Source: an uncultured Acidobacteriota bacterium
Lineage (GTDB): Bacteria > Acidobacteriota > Vicinamibacteria > Vicinamibacterales > CAVVIG01
Assembly: GCA_963789075.1 (NCBI GenBank)
Contig: CAWBJQ010000014.1
Location: forward strand, 332,632-396,631
Reading direction: 5' to 3'
DNA: 64,000 nucleotides
Shown piece by piece: positions 35,354 through 44,638 of this stretch (its first letter is position 1; each line of letters opens with the position of its first letter). Position numbers and translations under genes: made by a program. The notes under the pieces were generated by a model. It was not told where the DNA came from. It ran no database searches and saw nothing but the letters and a program-made list of their open reading frames with translations.

Positions 35354-36952
35354 ATGAAATCGCACATCCTCTCTGCCGTTCTCGCCGCGTCAGCCATCGC
35401 CCTCGCCTCCGCTCAAACGGACCCGCTCGACTACCCGATGCTCGGCCGCATTCGCGACGAAGGGCTGTCGCGCTCGCAGGTGATGGATCACATCTCCTGG
35501 TTGAGCGACGTCTACGGCCCGCGCCTCACCGGGTCGCCGGCGATTCAGCAGGCGAGCGAATGGGCGATGAAGAAATTCGGCGAGTGGGGATTGACCAACG
35601 TTCACCAGGAACGGTGGAAGCTGGGGAAAGGGTGGTCGCTCGAGCGCTTCTCCGCTCACCTGATTGCGCCGCAGGTGCAGCCGCTCATCGGCTATCCGCA
35701 CGAATGGTCGTCCGGGACCAAGGGTCCAATCACGGCGGACGTCGTCCGCGCGCAGATCGCGACCGATGCCGACTTCGCCAAGTACCACGGGACGCTGACC
35801 GGCAAGATCGTCCTCACGCAGCCCGCGCGGCGCGTGCGCATGCTCGAAGGGCCGTTCATCCTGAAGATGGATCCGAAGGAGATGGAGGAGGCCGAGACGA
35901 CGCCGATCCCGGACGAGCCGGCGGGCGAACGCCGCAACACGCAGGCGTTCCGCGAGAAGCTCGAGAAGTTCTACGTGGACGAAGGCGTGGTCGCGACGTT
36001 CGATCGCGGCGGCGACAGCGACATGGCATCCGGCGGCAGCGACCTCGCGTGGCAGCAGGAGCACACAGACGGCGGCACGATTTTCCCGGCCGGCAGCGAG
36101 CCGCGCGACGCCAACGCCGGCAAGCACGTGCCGGCGATCACGCTGGCCGTCGAGCATTACAACCGCATGATTCGTGTGCTCGACAAAGGCGTGCCGGTGA
36201 AGGTCGAGTTGAACGTCCAGACGAAGTTCTACGACGAGGCCGACATGAACGGCTTCAACACGATCGCTGAAATTCCTGGAACCGATCTCGCGTCCGAGGT
36301 CGTGATGCTCGGTGCGCACTTCGACTCGCATCCGTACGCGACCGGCGCGACCGACAACGCGACTGGCAGCGCGGCGATGATGGAAGCGGCGCGCATCCTG
36401 AAAGCCGTCGGCGCGAAGCCGCGCCGTACGATCCGCGTGGCGCTGTGGGGCGGCGAAGAGCAGGGGCTGCTCGGCTCGCGCGCGTACGTGCGCGCGCATC
36501 TCGCCGATCCCGACACGATGGCGTTGAAGCCGGAGCACGCGAAGGTGTCCGTGTACTTCAACTCGGACAACGGTACGGGCCGCGTCCGCGGCATCTGGCT
36601 GCAGAGCAACCTGGCCGTTCGTCCGATCTTCGAGCAGTGGATGGCGCCGCTGCACGACCTCGGCGTCGCCGGACTCGGTCCGCGCTCGGTCACCTCCACC
36701 GACCACGTGTCGTTCGACGATGTCGGGATTCCGGGGTTCCAGTTCATGGTGGATCGCCTCGAGTACAACACGCGAACCCATCACTCGAATATGGACACCG
36801 TGGACCGTGTGCAGCGCGACGACATGGTGCAGCAGGCCACGGTCATCGCGGTGTTCGCGTACGATGCCGCGATGCGTGATGAGAAGCTCCCGCGCAAAGC
36901 GCTGCCGTTGCCGCGCCGGCAGCCCACGAGCACGGCCGGACAGGAGCGCTAG
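35354..36952 (+). CDS. M28 family metallopeptidase, secreted
   Basis: ATG 35354 (alternative 35321) starts the signal MKSHILSAVLAASAIALASAQ. The supporting sequence is ISWLSDVYGPRLTGSP...NTIAEIPGTD...VMLGAHFDSHPYATGATDNATGSAAMMEAARIL...LWGGEEQGLLGSRAY...STDHVSFD..GIPGFQF. Confidence 0.9.
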   Translation: MKSHILSAVLAASAIALASAQTDPLDYPMLGRIRDEGLSRSQVMDHISWLSDVYGPRLTGSPAIQQASEWAMKKFGEWGLTNVHQERWKLGKGWSLERFSAHLIAPQVQPLIGYPHEWSSGTKGPITADVVRAQIATDADFAKYHGTLTGKIVLTQPARRVRMLEGPFILKMDPKEMEEAETTPIPDEPAGERRNTQAFREKLEKFYVDEGVVATFDRGGDSDMASGGSDLAWQQEHTDGGTIFPAGSEPRDANAGKHVPAITLAVEHYNRMIRVLDKGVPVKVELNVQTKFYDEADMNGFNTIAEIPGTDLASEVVMLGAHFDSHPYATGATDNATGSAAMMEAARILKAVGAKPRRTIRVALWGGEEQGLLGSRAYVRAHLADPDTMALKPEHAKVSVYFNSDNGTGRVRGIWLQSNLAVRPIFEQWMAPLHDLGVAGLGPRSVTSTDHVSFDDVGIPGFQFMVDRLEYNTRTHHSNMDTVDRVQRDDMVQQATVIAVFAYDAAMRDEKLPRKALPLPRRQPTSTAGQER

Positions 36953-36975
36953 ATCGGAGGGCGCGCGAGATCGGT

Positions 36976-37000
36976 GTAGCGCGAAGGCTTCAGCCGAGCG
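36976..37000 (+). repeat. REP-like 25-mer GTAGCGCGAAGGCTTCAGCCGAGCG
   Basis: Near-identical copies lie at 48202..48256 (with an insertion) and 49040..49064 (2 mismatches). An inverted 22-nt variant lies at 48969..48990. Confidence 0.7.
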
Positions 37001-37069
37001 GAACGCTGGACCTGATCGACGGGACCGGTGGCTCGAAAAACGTCTGTGGTCTCGCAGATCGGCCCGTGG

Positions 37070-38611
37070 TCAGCGCTGGCGCGAGCGGCCCGGCAAGGGA
37101 AGAGGGCCGCCTTGCAGCACCTTGCCCCAGATCCGCCGCCCGACCGCGTCGGCCTCGGCGATGACCTGATCCTCGTCCATCGTGAGGACCTTGCGGTTGC
37201 GCATGATGAACTGACCGTCGACCATGCTCGACTCGATGTCGGACGGTTGGCCATTGTGGATCCACGCGGACAAGATGCGCCCCGCGGGCACGAGGTGAGC
37301 CCGTCGCGTGTCCAGCACGACCAGGTCTGCCTTTCTCCCAACTTCGAGCAAGCCGATGAGCCTGTCCTGGCGCACGGCTCGCGCGCCGCCTTGCGTGGCG
37401 TCTTCGAACATGTCTTCTGGCTGGGGCCGCGTGCCGGGGATCGCATCGTGGCGCGAGATGCGTTCGGTCAGCAGTGCGATCTTCATGACGCCGAACAAGT
37501 CGTTGGTGTTGTTGTCGGTGCCGTTTGCGATGGGACAGCCCGCCGCTCGCAGTTTGGCGATGGGCGGAATGACCCCTCGGTTCGCGGCCATGTTCGCCTG
37601 GTGCGAAACGATCGTGCCGGATCGGCCCAGTAGCGCGATATCGCCGTCGTCGACGTACCGGCAGTGCGCGGCGAACAGCCGCGGACCGAGGAAGCCGGCC
37701 CGATCGAGAAACGCCGGCGGACGCACGCCGTGGTATCGCACCATGAAGTCGACCTCGGGCGTGCTCTGGGACAAATGGATCGTGTATCCGAGATCGTGTT
37801 GCTCCGCGAAAGCCCGGATCGCCTGCAGCAGTTCGGGCGACGAGGTCTCGGCGAGCGCCGCTGCCGGGAACACGCTGATGCGTCCCTGGTTCCTGCCGTG
37901 CCAGGCGATGAACAGGTCGTTGATGCGCTGCAGGCCCTCGTCTCGCAGTTTGGCCGAGAACCGGGGGCGTTCACTCGTGGCGAGCCCCTCGGGGGACATC
38001 GGGCCCGCCACATTCTCGCTGTCGTGGACAGACTCCGCGAACACGCAGCGGAGGCCGGTCTGCGCCAATGCTGCGGCGCTGCGGCTGATGTTTCCCGTGT
38101 TTTCCACGATCGTCGTGGTCCCGGTCCGAATCGCTTCCAACGCCGCGACGGTCACCATCAGCGTGGCCTCGTCCGCCTGAAGGAGACTGGTGGGCTGGAG
38201 GGCAAGGCGCGCAGAGTTGGGGAATCCGAAGTCTTCGTTGAAACCGCGTTCGAGGACAGCCGCCATATGCGCGTGGCAGTTGATCAGGCCCGGGAGCAGG
38301 GCTTTCCCCCTTCCGTCGTAGACGTCGGCGTTCGGATATCTCTCGAGGACCGTGTCCGTGGAGCCGATCGCCACGATCTTGTCGCCTTCGACCGCGAGCG
38401 CCACGTCGTCCTGAACCGCATCGATGTTGACGACCGTTGTATGCGAGAAGACAGTCGTCTGACTGGCCGTGGCCTCCGCCTGGAGGCCTCTTTGCTTGAG
38501 CAGGATGGCCGCGGCGCCGGCTCCCGCGAGCAGCTCGCGCCGGCTGAGGGTGACTGAGCTCCGGGGGGACTGCGAAGGCGGCGACGAACGGTCGATTGTC
38601 GATTTAGGCAT
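37070..38611 (-). CDS. amidohydrolase family protein (chlorohydrolase/aminohydrolase-like) with Tat signal
   Basis: ATG 38611 follows GGAGG; the track start 38629 is GTG. The Tat-like signal is LSRRELLAGAGAAAILL. The metal-binding motif is LPGLINCHAHM. Further support comes from ...YTIHLSQS...GTIVSHQANMA...NGTDNN. Confidence 0.9.
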   Translation of the reverse strand: MPKSTIDRSSPPSQSPRSSVTLSRRELLAGAGAAAILLKQRGLQAEATASQTTVFSHTTVVNIDAVQDDVALAVEGDKIVAIGSTDTVLERYPNADVYDGRGKALLPGLINCHAHMAAVLERGFNEDFGFPNSARLALQPTSLLQADEATLMVTVAALEAIRTGTTTIVENTGNISRSAAALAQTGLRCVFAESVHDSENVAGPMSPEGLATSERPRFSAKLRDEGLQRINDLFIAWHGRNQGRISVFPAAALAETSSPELLQAIRAFAEQHDLGYTIHLSQSTPEVDFMVRYHGVRPPAFLDRAGFLGPRLFAAHCRYVDDGDIALLGRSGTIVSHQANMAANRGVIPPIAKLRAAGCPIANGTDNNTNDLFGVMKIALLTERISRHDAIPGTRPQPEDMFEDATQGGARAVRQDRLIGLLEVGRKADLVVLDTRRAHLVPAGRILSAWIHNGQPSDIESSMVDGQFIMRNRKVLTMDEDQVIAEADAVGRRIWGKVLQGGPLPLPGRSRQR

Positions 38612-38663
38612 CGGAATAGCCTCCGTCACGCTCGCATGTGCTCGAATTCAATCGGCGCTGATT

Positions 38664-40139
38664 ATGGCTCACGAGAAGCAAGTGTCAGCGTCTCTGTTAC
38701 GATTCCGGCTCATGACCAAAATCGCATTCGGCGGCGTCGTCGTGGCAGCGATCGGCACGACCATTATGTTGGCCGCTCAGACTCAGCCGCCCAACCCGAA
38801 CGCGCCGGGCAACTTCATCACGTTCAATTCACCGGTCACCGTGCTCACGCACGTGCGCGTCATCGACGGCACCGGCGCGCCGGCGCGCGAGAATCAGACG
38901 ATCGTGATCCGCGATGGCCGCATCGCGGAGGTCGGCGGCGTCACGAGCATCACGCTCCCGGCTGGCGCGACCATCATCGACCTTCCCGGACGCAGCGTCA
39001 TGCCGGGCCTCGTGATGATGCACGAGCACCTGTATTACCCCACCGGCCCCGGCGTCTACGGTCAACTCGGCGAGAGCTTCACGCGGCTCTATCTCGCGGG
39101 CGGCGTGACGACGATGCGGACGGGTGGGAATACCAACGGCATCATGGACTTCAATCTCGCGCGGCGGATCGACGCGGGCGACATGGTCGGGCCCGCGCTC
39201 GACGCGACGGCGCCGTACCTGAATGGCCCGAGCCCGTTCCTGCAGATGTACGGCCTGAAGGACGCCGCCGACGCGCGCCGCCAGGCGAGTTATTGGGCCG
39301 ACATGGGCGCCACCTCGTTCAAGGCATACATGCAGATCACGCGGGCCGAGCTGAAGGCGTCGATCGAGGAAGCGCACCGGCGCGGGTTGAAAGTCACCGG
39401 GCATCTCTGCTCGGTCACGTACGGCGAGGCCGCCGACCTGGGCATCGACAATCTCGAACACGGCTTCTTCGCGGCCACCGATTTCGTGGCCGACAAACAG
39501 CCCGATGCGTGTCCTGGCCAGGCGCGCGGGCAGCAGTCGATTGCCGCGCTCGACGAGAACGGCGCGCCATTCACCGCGCTCGTGAAAAAGCTCGTCGACA
39601 GGCGGGTGGCGCTCACGTCGACGCTGACAGTGTTCGAGACGTTGACGCCCGGACGTCCGATGCCGCGTGGTCTCGACGTGCTGACGCCGCAGCTCCGCGA
39701 CCAGTTCCAGCGCGCGCACGATCGCGTGCAGCAGACGGCCGCGTCCACCTACGCCACGCTGTTCCCGAAAGCCATGCGGATGGAGCGGGCGTTCGTGAAA
39801 GCGGGCGGCCTGCTCACCGCCGGCACCGATCCGACCGGATCGGGCGGCGTCATTCCCGGCTTCGCCGACCAGCGGCAGCTCGAGCTGCTCGTCGAGGAAG
39901 GCTTTACGCCCCTGCAGGCGATCTCCATCGGCACGCTGAACGGCGCAAAATATCTCGGACGCGAGGCGGCGATCGGCACCATCGCTGTTGGCAAACAGGC
40001 CGATCTCGTCGTCGTCAACGGGGACCCGTCGACCACGATCGCCGATGTCCGGCGCGTCGAGACGGTGTTCAAGAAAGGGGTCGGCTACGATCCCGCGAAG
40101 CTGATCGGGTCGGTGTCGGGGCAAGTCGGGCTATGGTGA
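38664..40139 (+). CDS. amidohydrolase family protein (imidazolonepropionase/Xaa-Pro dipeptidase-like), secreted
   Basis: ATG 38664 (alternative 38712) lies in ORF 38469..40139. The supporting sequence is TKIAFGGVVVAAIGTTIMLAAQ...VRVIDGTGAP...VMPGLVMMHEHL...FKAYMQITR...VTGHLCSVTY...LLTAGTDP...KQADLVVVNGDP. Confidence 0.85.
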   Translation: MAHEKQVSASLLRFRLMTKIAFGGVVVAAIGTTIMLAAQTQPPNPNAPGNFITFNSPVTVLTHVRVIDGTGAPARENQTIVIRDGRIAEVGGVTSITLPAGATIIDLPGRSVMPGLVMMHEHLYYPTGPGVYGQLGESFTRLYLAGGVTTMRTGGNTNGIMDFNLARRIDAGDMVGPALDATAPYLNGPSPFLQMYGLKDAADARRQASYWADMGATSFKAYMQITRAELKASIEEAHRRGLKVTGHLCSVTYGEAADLGIDNLEHGFFAATDFVADKQPDACPGQARGQQSIAALDENGAPFTALVKKLVDRRVALTSTLTVFETLTPGRPMPRGLDVLTPQLRDQFQRAHDRVQQTAASTYATLFPKAMRMERAFVKAGGLLTAGTDPTGSGGVIPGFADQRQLELLVEEGFTPLQAISIGTLNGAKYLGREAAIGTIAVGKQADLVVVNGDPSTTIADVRRVETVFKKGVGYDPAKLIGSVSGQVGLW

Positions 40140-40252
40140 CGCGTGTGTCGCCAATCGTCGCGGATTCGTTGCACCGCTCCATAAGTATGAAATTGTGAAG
40201 AACCAACGGAAACATTACGCGCGCACGATCGGCGTCGTGTTTCCATCAAGGG

Positions 40253-43200
40253 ATGAACATTTCGGAGTTGTTCATCCGGCGCCCGATTGCCACGAGCCTG
40301 ATGATGCTCGGCATCGCCGGCATGGGCGTGGTCGCGTATCGCGTCCTTCCCGTGAGCGATCTGCCCAACGTTGATTTTCCGACGCTGAACGTCGGCGCGG
40401 GGCTGCCCGGCGGCGATCCCGGCACGATGGCGTCGGCCGTCGCCAGCCCGCTCGAGCGGCAATTCACGACGATCGCCGGCATCGACGAGATGACCTCGTC
40501 GAGCTCGACCGGAAGCTCGAACGTGACGCTGCAGTTCGATCTGAATCGCAACATCGACAGCGCCGCCGTCGACGTGCAGACCGCGATCGCCGCGGTGATG
40601 CCGCTGCTGCCCGCCGGCATGCCGGCGCCGCCGTCGTTCCGCAAGTTCAATCCCGCCGACCAGCCGATCATGTTTCTCGGCCTCACTTCAGACGTCGTGC
40701 CGATGTACGAGCTCGACGACTATGCGGAAAACATGATCGCCCCGCGCATCTCGATGGTGTCCGGCGTCTCCCAGGTTCAGGTGCAGGGCGCGCAGAAGTA
40801 CGCGGTGCGCGTGCAGGTCGACCCGAACAAGCTGCGCGCGCAGGGCATCGGCCTGAACGAGATCAATCAGGCGCTCCAGGACTGGAACGTCAACACGCCG
40901 ACCGGCCAGTTGTTCGGCCCGCAATCGACCTACAACATCCACGCGCAGGGGCAGTTGATGCGGGCGGCCGACTTCCGGCCGATCATCGTGTCCTATGTGC
41001 GCGGGGCGCCGGTGCGACTCGATCAGGTGGCCACGGTGCTCGACAACGTCGAGGACAACAAGAACGCGTCGTGGCTGTACACGAAGGCCGGATCGCGGCG
41101 CGCGATCAACCTGCAGGTGATGCGCCAGCCGGGCAGCAACACCATCGAGGTGACCGACGCCATCCGCGCGCTGCTGCCGTCCTTCGAGACGCGGCTGCCG
41201 CCGTCGGTTCATCTGACGGTGCGCGGCGATCGCTCGAGGAACATCCGCGAGGCGTTCTCCGACATCCAGTGGACGATGCTCATCACGCTGCTGCTCGTGG
41301 TCGGCGTCATCTTCGCGTTCCTCCACAGCGGATCCGCGACGGTCATCCCCGCGCTGGCGCTGCCGTTCTCGATTCTCGGCACGTTCGCCGTGATGGCCGT
41401 GCTCGGCTTCACGCTCGACAACCTGTCGATGATGGCGCTGATCCTCTGCATCGGTTTCGTCGTCGACGATGCCATCGTGATGCTGGAGAACATCGTGCGA
41501 CACATCGAGCAGGGCGAGCAGCCGCTCGAGGCTGCGCTGAACGGCTCGCGCGAGATCGGCTTCACGATCGTCTCGATGACCGTGTCGCTCGCCGCCGTGT
41601 TCATTCCCATTCTGTTCATGGCCGGCATCCTCGGGCGGCTGTTCCGCGAGTTCGCGATCACGATCACGGCCGCGATTCTGATCTCGGGCATCGTGTCGGT
41701 GACGCTCACGCCGATGCTGTGCAGCCGCTTCCTCCGCGCGTCGTCTCTGCACGCGAAGGGGCGCTTCGCCACCTTCATGGAGCGGCAGTTCAACCGGCTG
41801 TTTCATGCGTACGAATGGAGCCTCGCCATCGTGCTGCGCCACCGCCCCGCGATGCTCCTGGTGTTCGCCGGCGTGCTCGTCGCGACCGTCGAGATGTTCA
41901 ACATCGTGCCGAAAGGGTTCATTCCCGATCAGGACAACGACTCGGTCAACGTCAACGTGCAGGCCGCGCAGGGGACGTCGTACTACGACATGGTCGACAA
42001 CGTGTCACGGATCGCGAAAGTGATCCACGCGAATCCCAACGTCGACACGTTCTTTGCCAGCACGGGCGGCGGCTTCGGATCGATGAACCAGGCGCGCTTC
42101 AACGTGCAGTTGCTCCCGCGCCGCATGCGGCCGTTCTCCGCCGCCCAGATCGCGGAGCAGATTCGCCCGCAGCTCCTGCGGTTCCCCGGGTTCCGTGCGT
42201 TCGTGAGCCTGCCTCCGGCGATTCAGATCGGCGGGCACATGGGCAACAGCTCCTACAACCTGACCGTGCAGAGCGCCGATACGTCGATTCTCTATGACTG
42301 GGCGACGAAGCTGGAGGCCGTGATCGCGACGCTGCCCGAGGTGCAGGACGTCTCCGACGACATGCAGATGAAGAGCCCGCGCGTGAACCTGGTCTTCGAT
42401 CGCGACCGGACCGCGGCGCTCGGCCTGAACGCCAGCACGATAGAGACGGCGCTCTACGACGGCTTCGGACCGCAGTGGGCATCGACCATCTACGGTCCGA
42501 CGGCGCAGTACAAAGTGCTGCTCGAGCTCGATCCGAAATACCAGGAGCAGGCCGCCTCGCTCGAGAAGATCGCGTTCAAGGCGCCGAACGGCGCGCTCGT
42601 GCCGCTCGAGTCGGTGATGCACCTCCAGGAAACCGTCGGGCCGCAGACTGTAAATCATGTCGGCGAGCTGCCGGCCGTGTCGATTTCGTTCGGCCTCAAG
42701 CCGGGCGTGTCGCTCGGCGCTGCCGTCGATCACGTCAACCAAACCGCCGCCGCCGTGCTGCCCGAGACCGTCACCGCCAGCTTCCAAGGTTCCGCGAAGA
42801 CGTTTCAGCAGTCGATGCAGAATCTCGGCCTGTTGCTGTTCGTCGCGATCGGCGTCGTCTACATCGTCCTCGGCATGCTGTACGAGAGCTACATCCATCC
42901 GCTCACGATTTTGTCCGGGCTGCCGCCGGCCGGGCTCGGCGCGCTCATCACGCTGTATGTCTTCGGCAACGAGCTGAACATCTACTCGTTCGTTGGCCTC
43001 GTGATGCTCATCGGCATCGTCAAGAAGAACGCGATCATGCAGATCGACTTCGCGCTCGAGGCCGAGCGCCAGCATGGCAAGAGTCCGGCGGAGGCGATTT
43101 ACGAAGGCTGCCTCATTCGCTTCCGGCCGATCATGATGACGACGATGGCGGCGCTGTTCGGGGCGGTGCCGATCGCGATGGGTTTCGGCGCGGGGGGTGA

Positions 43201-43357
43201 AGCGCGGCGGCCGCTCGGCCTGGCGGTCGTGGGCGGACTCGTCGTGTCGCAGTTGATCACGCTGTATCTGACGCCGGTCGTCTACACGTACATGGCGAGC
43301 CTGGTGAAAACGCGCCGGATTCCGATGACGGTCACGGCCAAGCCCACACCGGCGTAG
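40253..43357 (+). CDS. efflux RND transporter permease subunit (HAE1, AcrB/MdtB-like)
   Basis: The supporting sequence is MNISELFIRRPIATSLMMLGIAGMGVVAYRVLPVSDLPNVDFPTL...GFVVDDAIVMLENIVRH...LIGIVKKNAIMQIDFALE. The protein is 1034 aa. No adaptor (MFP) or outer-membrane factor gene lies alongside. Confidence 0.95.
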   Translation: MNISELFIRRPIATSLMMLGIAGMGVVAYRVLPVSDLPNVDFPTLNVGAGLPGGDPGTMASAVASPLERQFTTIAGIDEMTSSSSTGSSNVTLQFDLNRNIDSAAVDVQTAIAAVMPLLPAGMPAPPSFRKFNPADQPIMFLGLTSDVVPMYELDDYAENMIAPRISMVSGVSQVQVQGAQKYAVRVQVDPNKLRAQGIGLNEINQALQDWNVNTPTGQLFGPQSTYNIHAQGQLMRAADFRPIIVSYVRGAPVRLDQVATVLDNVEDNKNASWLYTKAGSRRAINLQVMRQPGSNTIEVTDAIRALLPSFETRLPPSVHLTVRGDRSRNIREAFSDIQWTMLITLLLVVGVIFAFLHSGSATVIPALALPFSILGTFAVMAVLGFTLDNLSMMALILCIGFVVDDAIVMLENIVRHIEQGEQPLEAALNGSREIGFTIVSMTVSLAAVFIPILFMAGILGRLFREFAITITAAILISGIVSVTLTPMLCSRFLRASSLHAKGRFATFMERQFNRLFHAYEWSLAIVLRHRPAMLLVFAGVLVATVEMFNIVPKGFIPDQDNDSVNVNVQAAQGTSYYDMVDNVSRIAKVIHANPNVDTFFASTGGGFGSMNQARFNVQLLPRRMRPFSAAQIAEQIRPQLLRFPGFRAFVSLPPAIQIGGHMGNSSYNLTVQSADTSILYDWATKLEAVIATLPEVQDVSDDMQMKSPRVNLVFDRDRTAALGLNASTIETALYDGFGPQWASTIYGPTAQYKVLLELDPKYQEQAASLEKIAFKAPNGALVPLESVMHLQETVGPQTVNHVGELPAVSISFGLKPGVSLGAAVDHVNQTAAAVLPETVTASFQGSAKTFQQSMQNLGLLLFVAIGVVYIVLGMLYESYIHPLTILSGLPPAGLGALITLYVFGNELNIYSFVGLVMLIGIVKKNAIMQIDFALEAERQHGKSPAEAIYEGCLIRFRPIMMTTMAALFGAVPIAMGFGAGGEARRPLGLAVVGGLVVSQLITLYLTPVVYTYMASLVKTRRIPMTVTAKPTPA

Positions 43358-43369
43358 GCCCACGCCAAC

Positions 43370-43422
43370 GTAGGGCGGGTCCTTTTGGACCCGCCCAAAC
43401 GCCGGGTCTAAAAAGACCCGGC
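43370..43422 (+). repeat. two tandem REP-like hairpins after the RND gene
   Basis: The first is GTAGGGCGGGTCC-TTTT-GGACCCGCCC (stem 43373-43382 / 43387-43396). The second is GCCGGGTCT-AAAA-AGACCCGGC (43401-43422). Confidence 0.7.
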
Positions 43423-43465
43423 CTGCACCAACCCATCCCTGGGCGCCCGATGTAGAGTACCGCGC

Positions 43466-44545
43466 ATGGCCCGCTGCATCCGGTCTCGGACGGGATGGCT
43501 CCTCGCGCTGACGATCGCGGTCGGCCTCTGGTGGCCTCTTCTCGCCGCCGATGCGCTGCCGCGGCGGCTCACCGATGCGCAGTTCTGGCATCTCATCGCT
43601 GACGTATCCGAGTTGAACGGCACGTTCCGGTCCGACAATCTGCTGTCGAACGAGGTCGGGATGCAGGATGTCATCCCCGAGCTGACGCGCGTGGCGAAGA
43701 GCGGCCGCGTGTACATCGGCGTTGGCCCCGAGCAGAACTACACCTACATCGCCGCGCTTCAGCCGGCGATGGCGTTCATCGTGGACGTGCGGCGCGGGAA
43801 TCTCGATCTGCAGCTGATGTACAAGGCGCTGTTCGAGATCTCTGCGGATCGCGCGGAATTCGTCTCGAGGCTGTTTTCCCGGCCGAGGCCGGACGGCGTG
43901 GGCGAGGGGAGCAGCGCGTCGGCGATCTTCGCCGCGTTCGTGCCGGTGCCGGCAAGCGAGGCGCTCTACAAATCGAATCTGCAGGCGGTGCTCAATCAGC
44001 TGACGCGGACGCACGGGTTCGGGCTCCTGGCTGAGGATCTGAGCGGGATTGGCGACGTCTATCGCGCCTTCTTCGAGTTTGGTCCCGCGATTCAGTATTC
44101 GTCGACGGGGCGATCGCCCGGCCGGAACCAGCCGACCTATGCCGACCTGATGACGGCGACCGACGCCGGCGGCCAGGCGCGCAGCTATCTTGCCACCGAG
44201 GATCGCTTTGCGTTCGTCAAGGATCTCGAGGCACGCAACATGTTGGTGCCGGTCGTCGGCAACTTCGGCGGGCCGCGCGCGATCCGCCGTGTTGGCGCGT
44301 TCCTGAAAGGTCACGGCGCGACGGTGTCGGCTTTCTATCTGTCGAATGTCGAGCAGTACCTCCGCATGGACGGATTGTGGGGGGCATTCTGCGCCAACGT
44401 CGCGACGCTTCCGCTCGACGAGAGCAGCCGGTTCATCCGTTCAGTTCGCGGCGGGCAATCCGGCCAGCCGTTCGGCTTCGGGCTGACGTCGGAACTGGGG
44501 TCGATGATCGCGGAGACGAAAGAGTGCGCCCCGTCCGGCCGATGA
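43466..44545 (+). CDS. conserved hypothetical exported protein (uncharacterised family; paralogue A)
   Basis: ATG 43466 starts a signal-anchor, then LPRRLTDAQFWHLIADVSELNGTFRSDNLLSNE...VYIGVGPEQNYTYIAAL.P.MAFIVDVRRGNLDLQLMYKALFE...YLATEDRFAFVKDLEARNMLVPVVGNFGG...AFYLSNVEQYL. I recognise no family. A second, broken copy lies at 55482..56628. Confidence 0.8.
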   Translation: MARCIRSRTGWLLALTIAVGLWWPLLAADALPRRLTDAQFWHLIADVSELNGTFRSDNLLSNEVGMQDVIPELTRVAKSGRVYIGVGPEQNYTYIAALQPAMAFIVDVRRGNLDLQLMYKALFEISADRAEFVSRLFSRPRPDGVGEGSSASAIFAAFVPVPASEALYKSNLQAVLNQLTRTHGFGLLAEDLSGIGDVYRAFFEFGPAIQYSSTGRSPGRNQPTYADLMTATDAGGQARSYLATEDRFAFVKDLEARNMLVPVVGNFGGPRAIRRVGAFLKGHGATVSAFYLSNVEQYLRMDGLWGAFCANVATLPLDESSRFIRSVRGGQSGQPFGFGLTSELGSMIAETKECAPSGR

Positions 44546-44638
44546 CACGCGCGTCGAACCTCCGTGTCCTCTTGTAAGGCTTTTCGATGACGCCGACCAT
44601 CCCCGGCCACTACGTTCTTTGATAGTATTCGCAGCACT

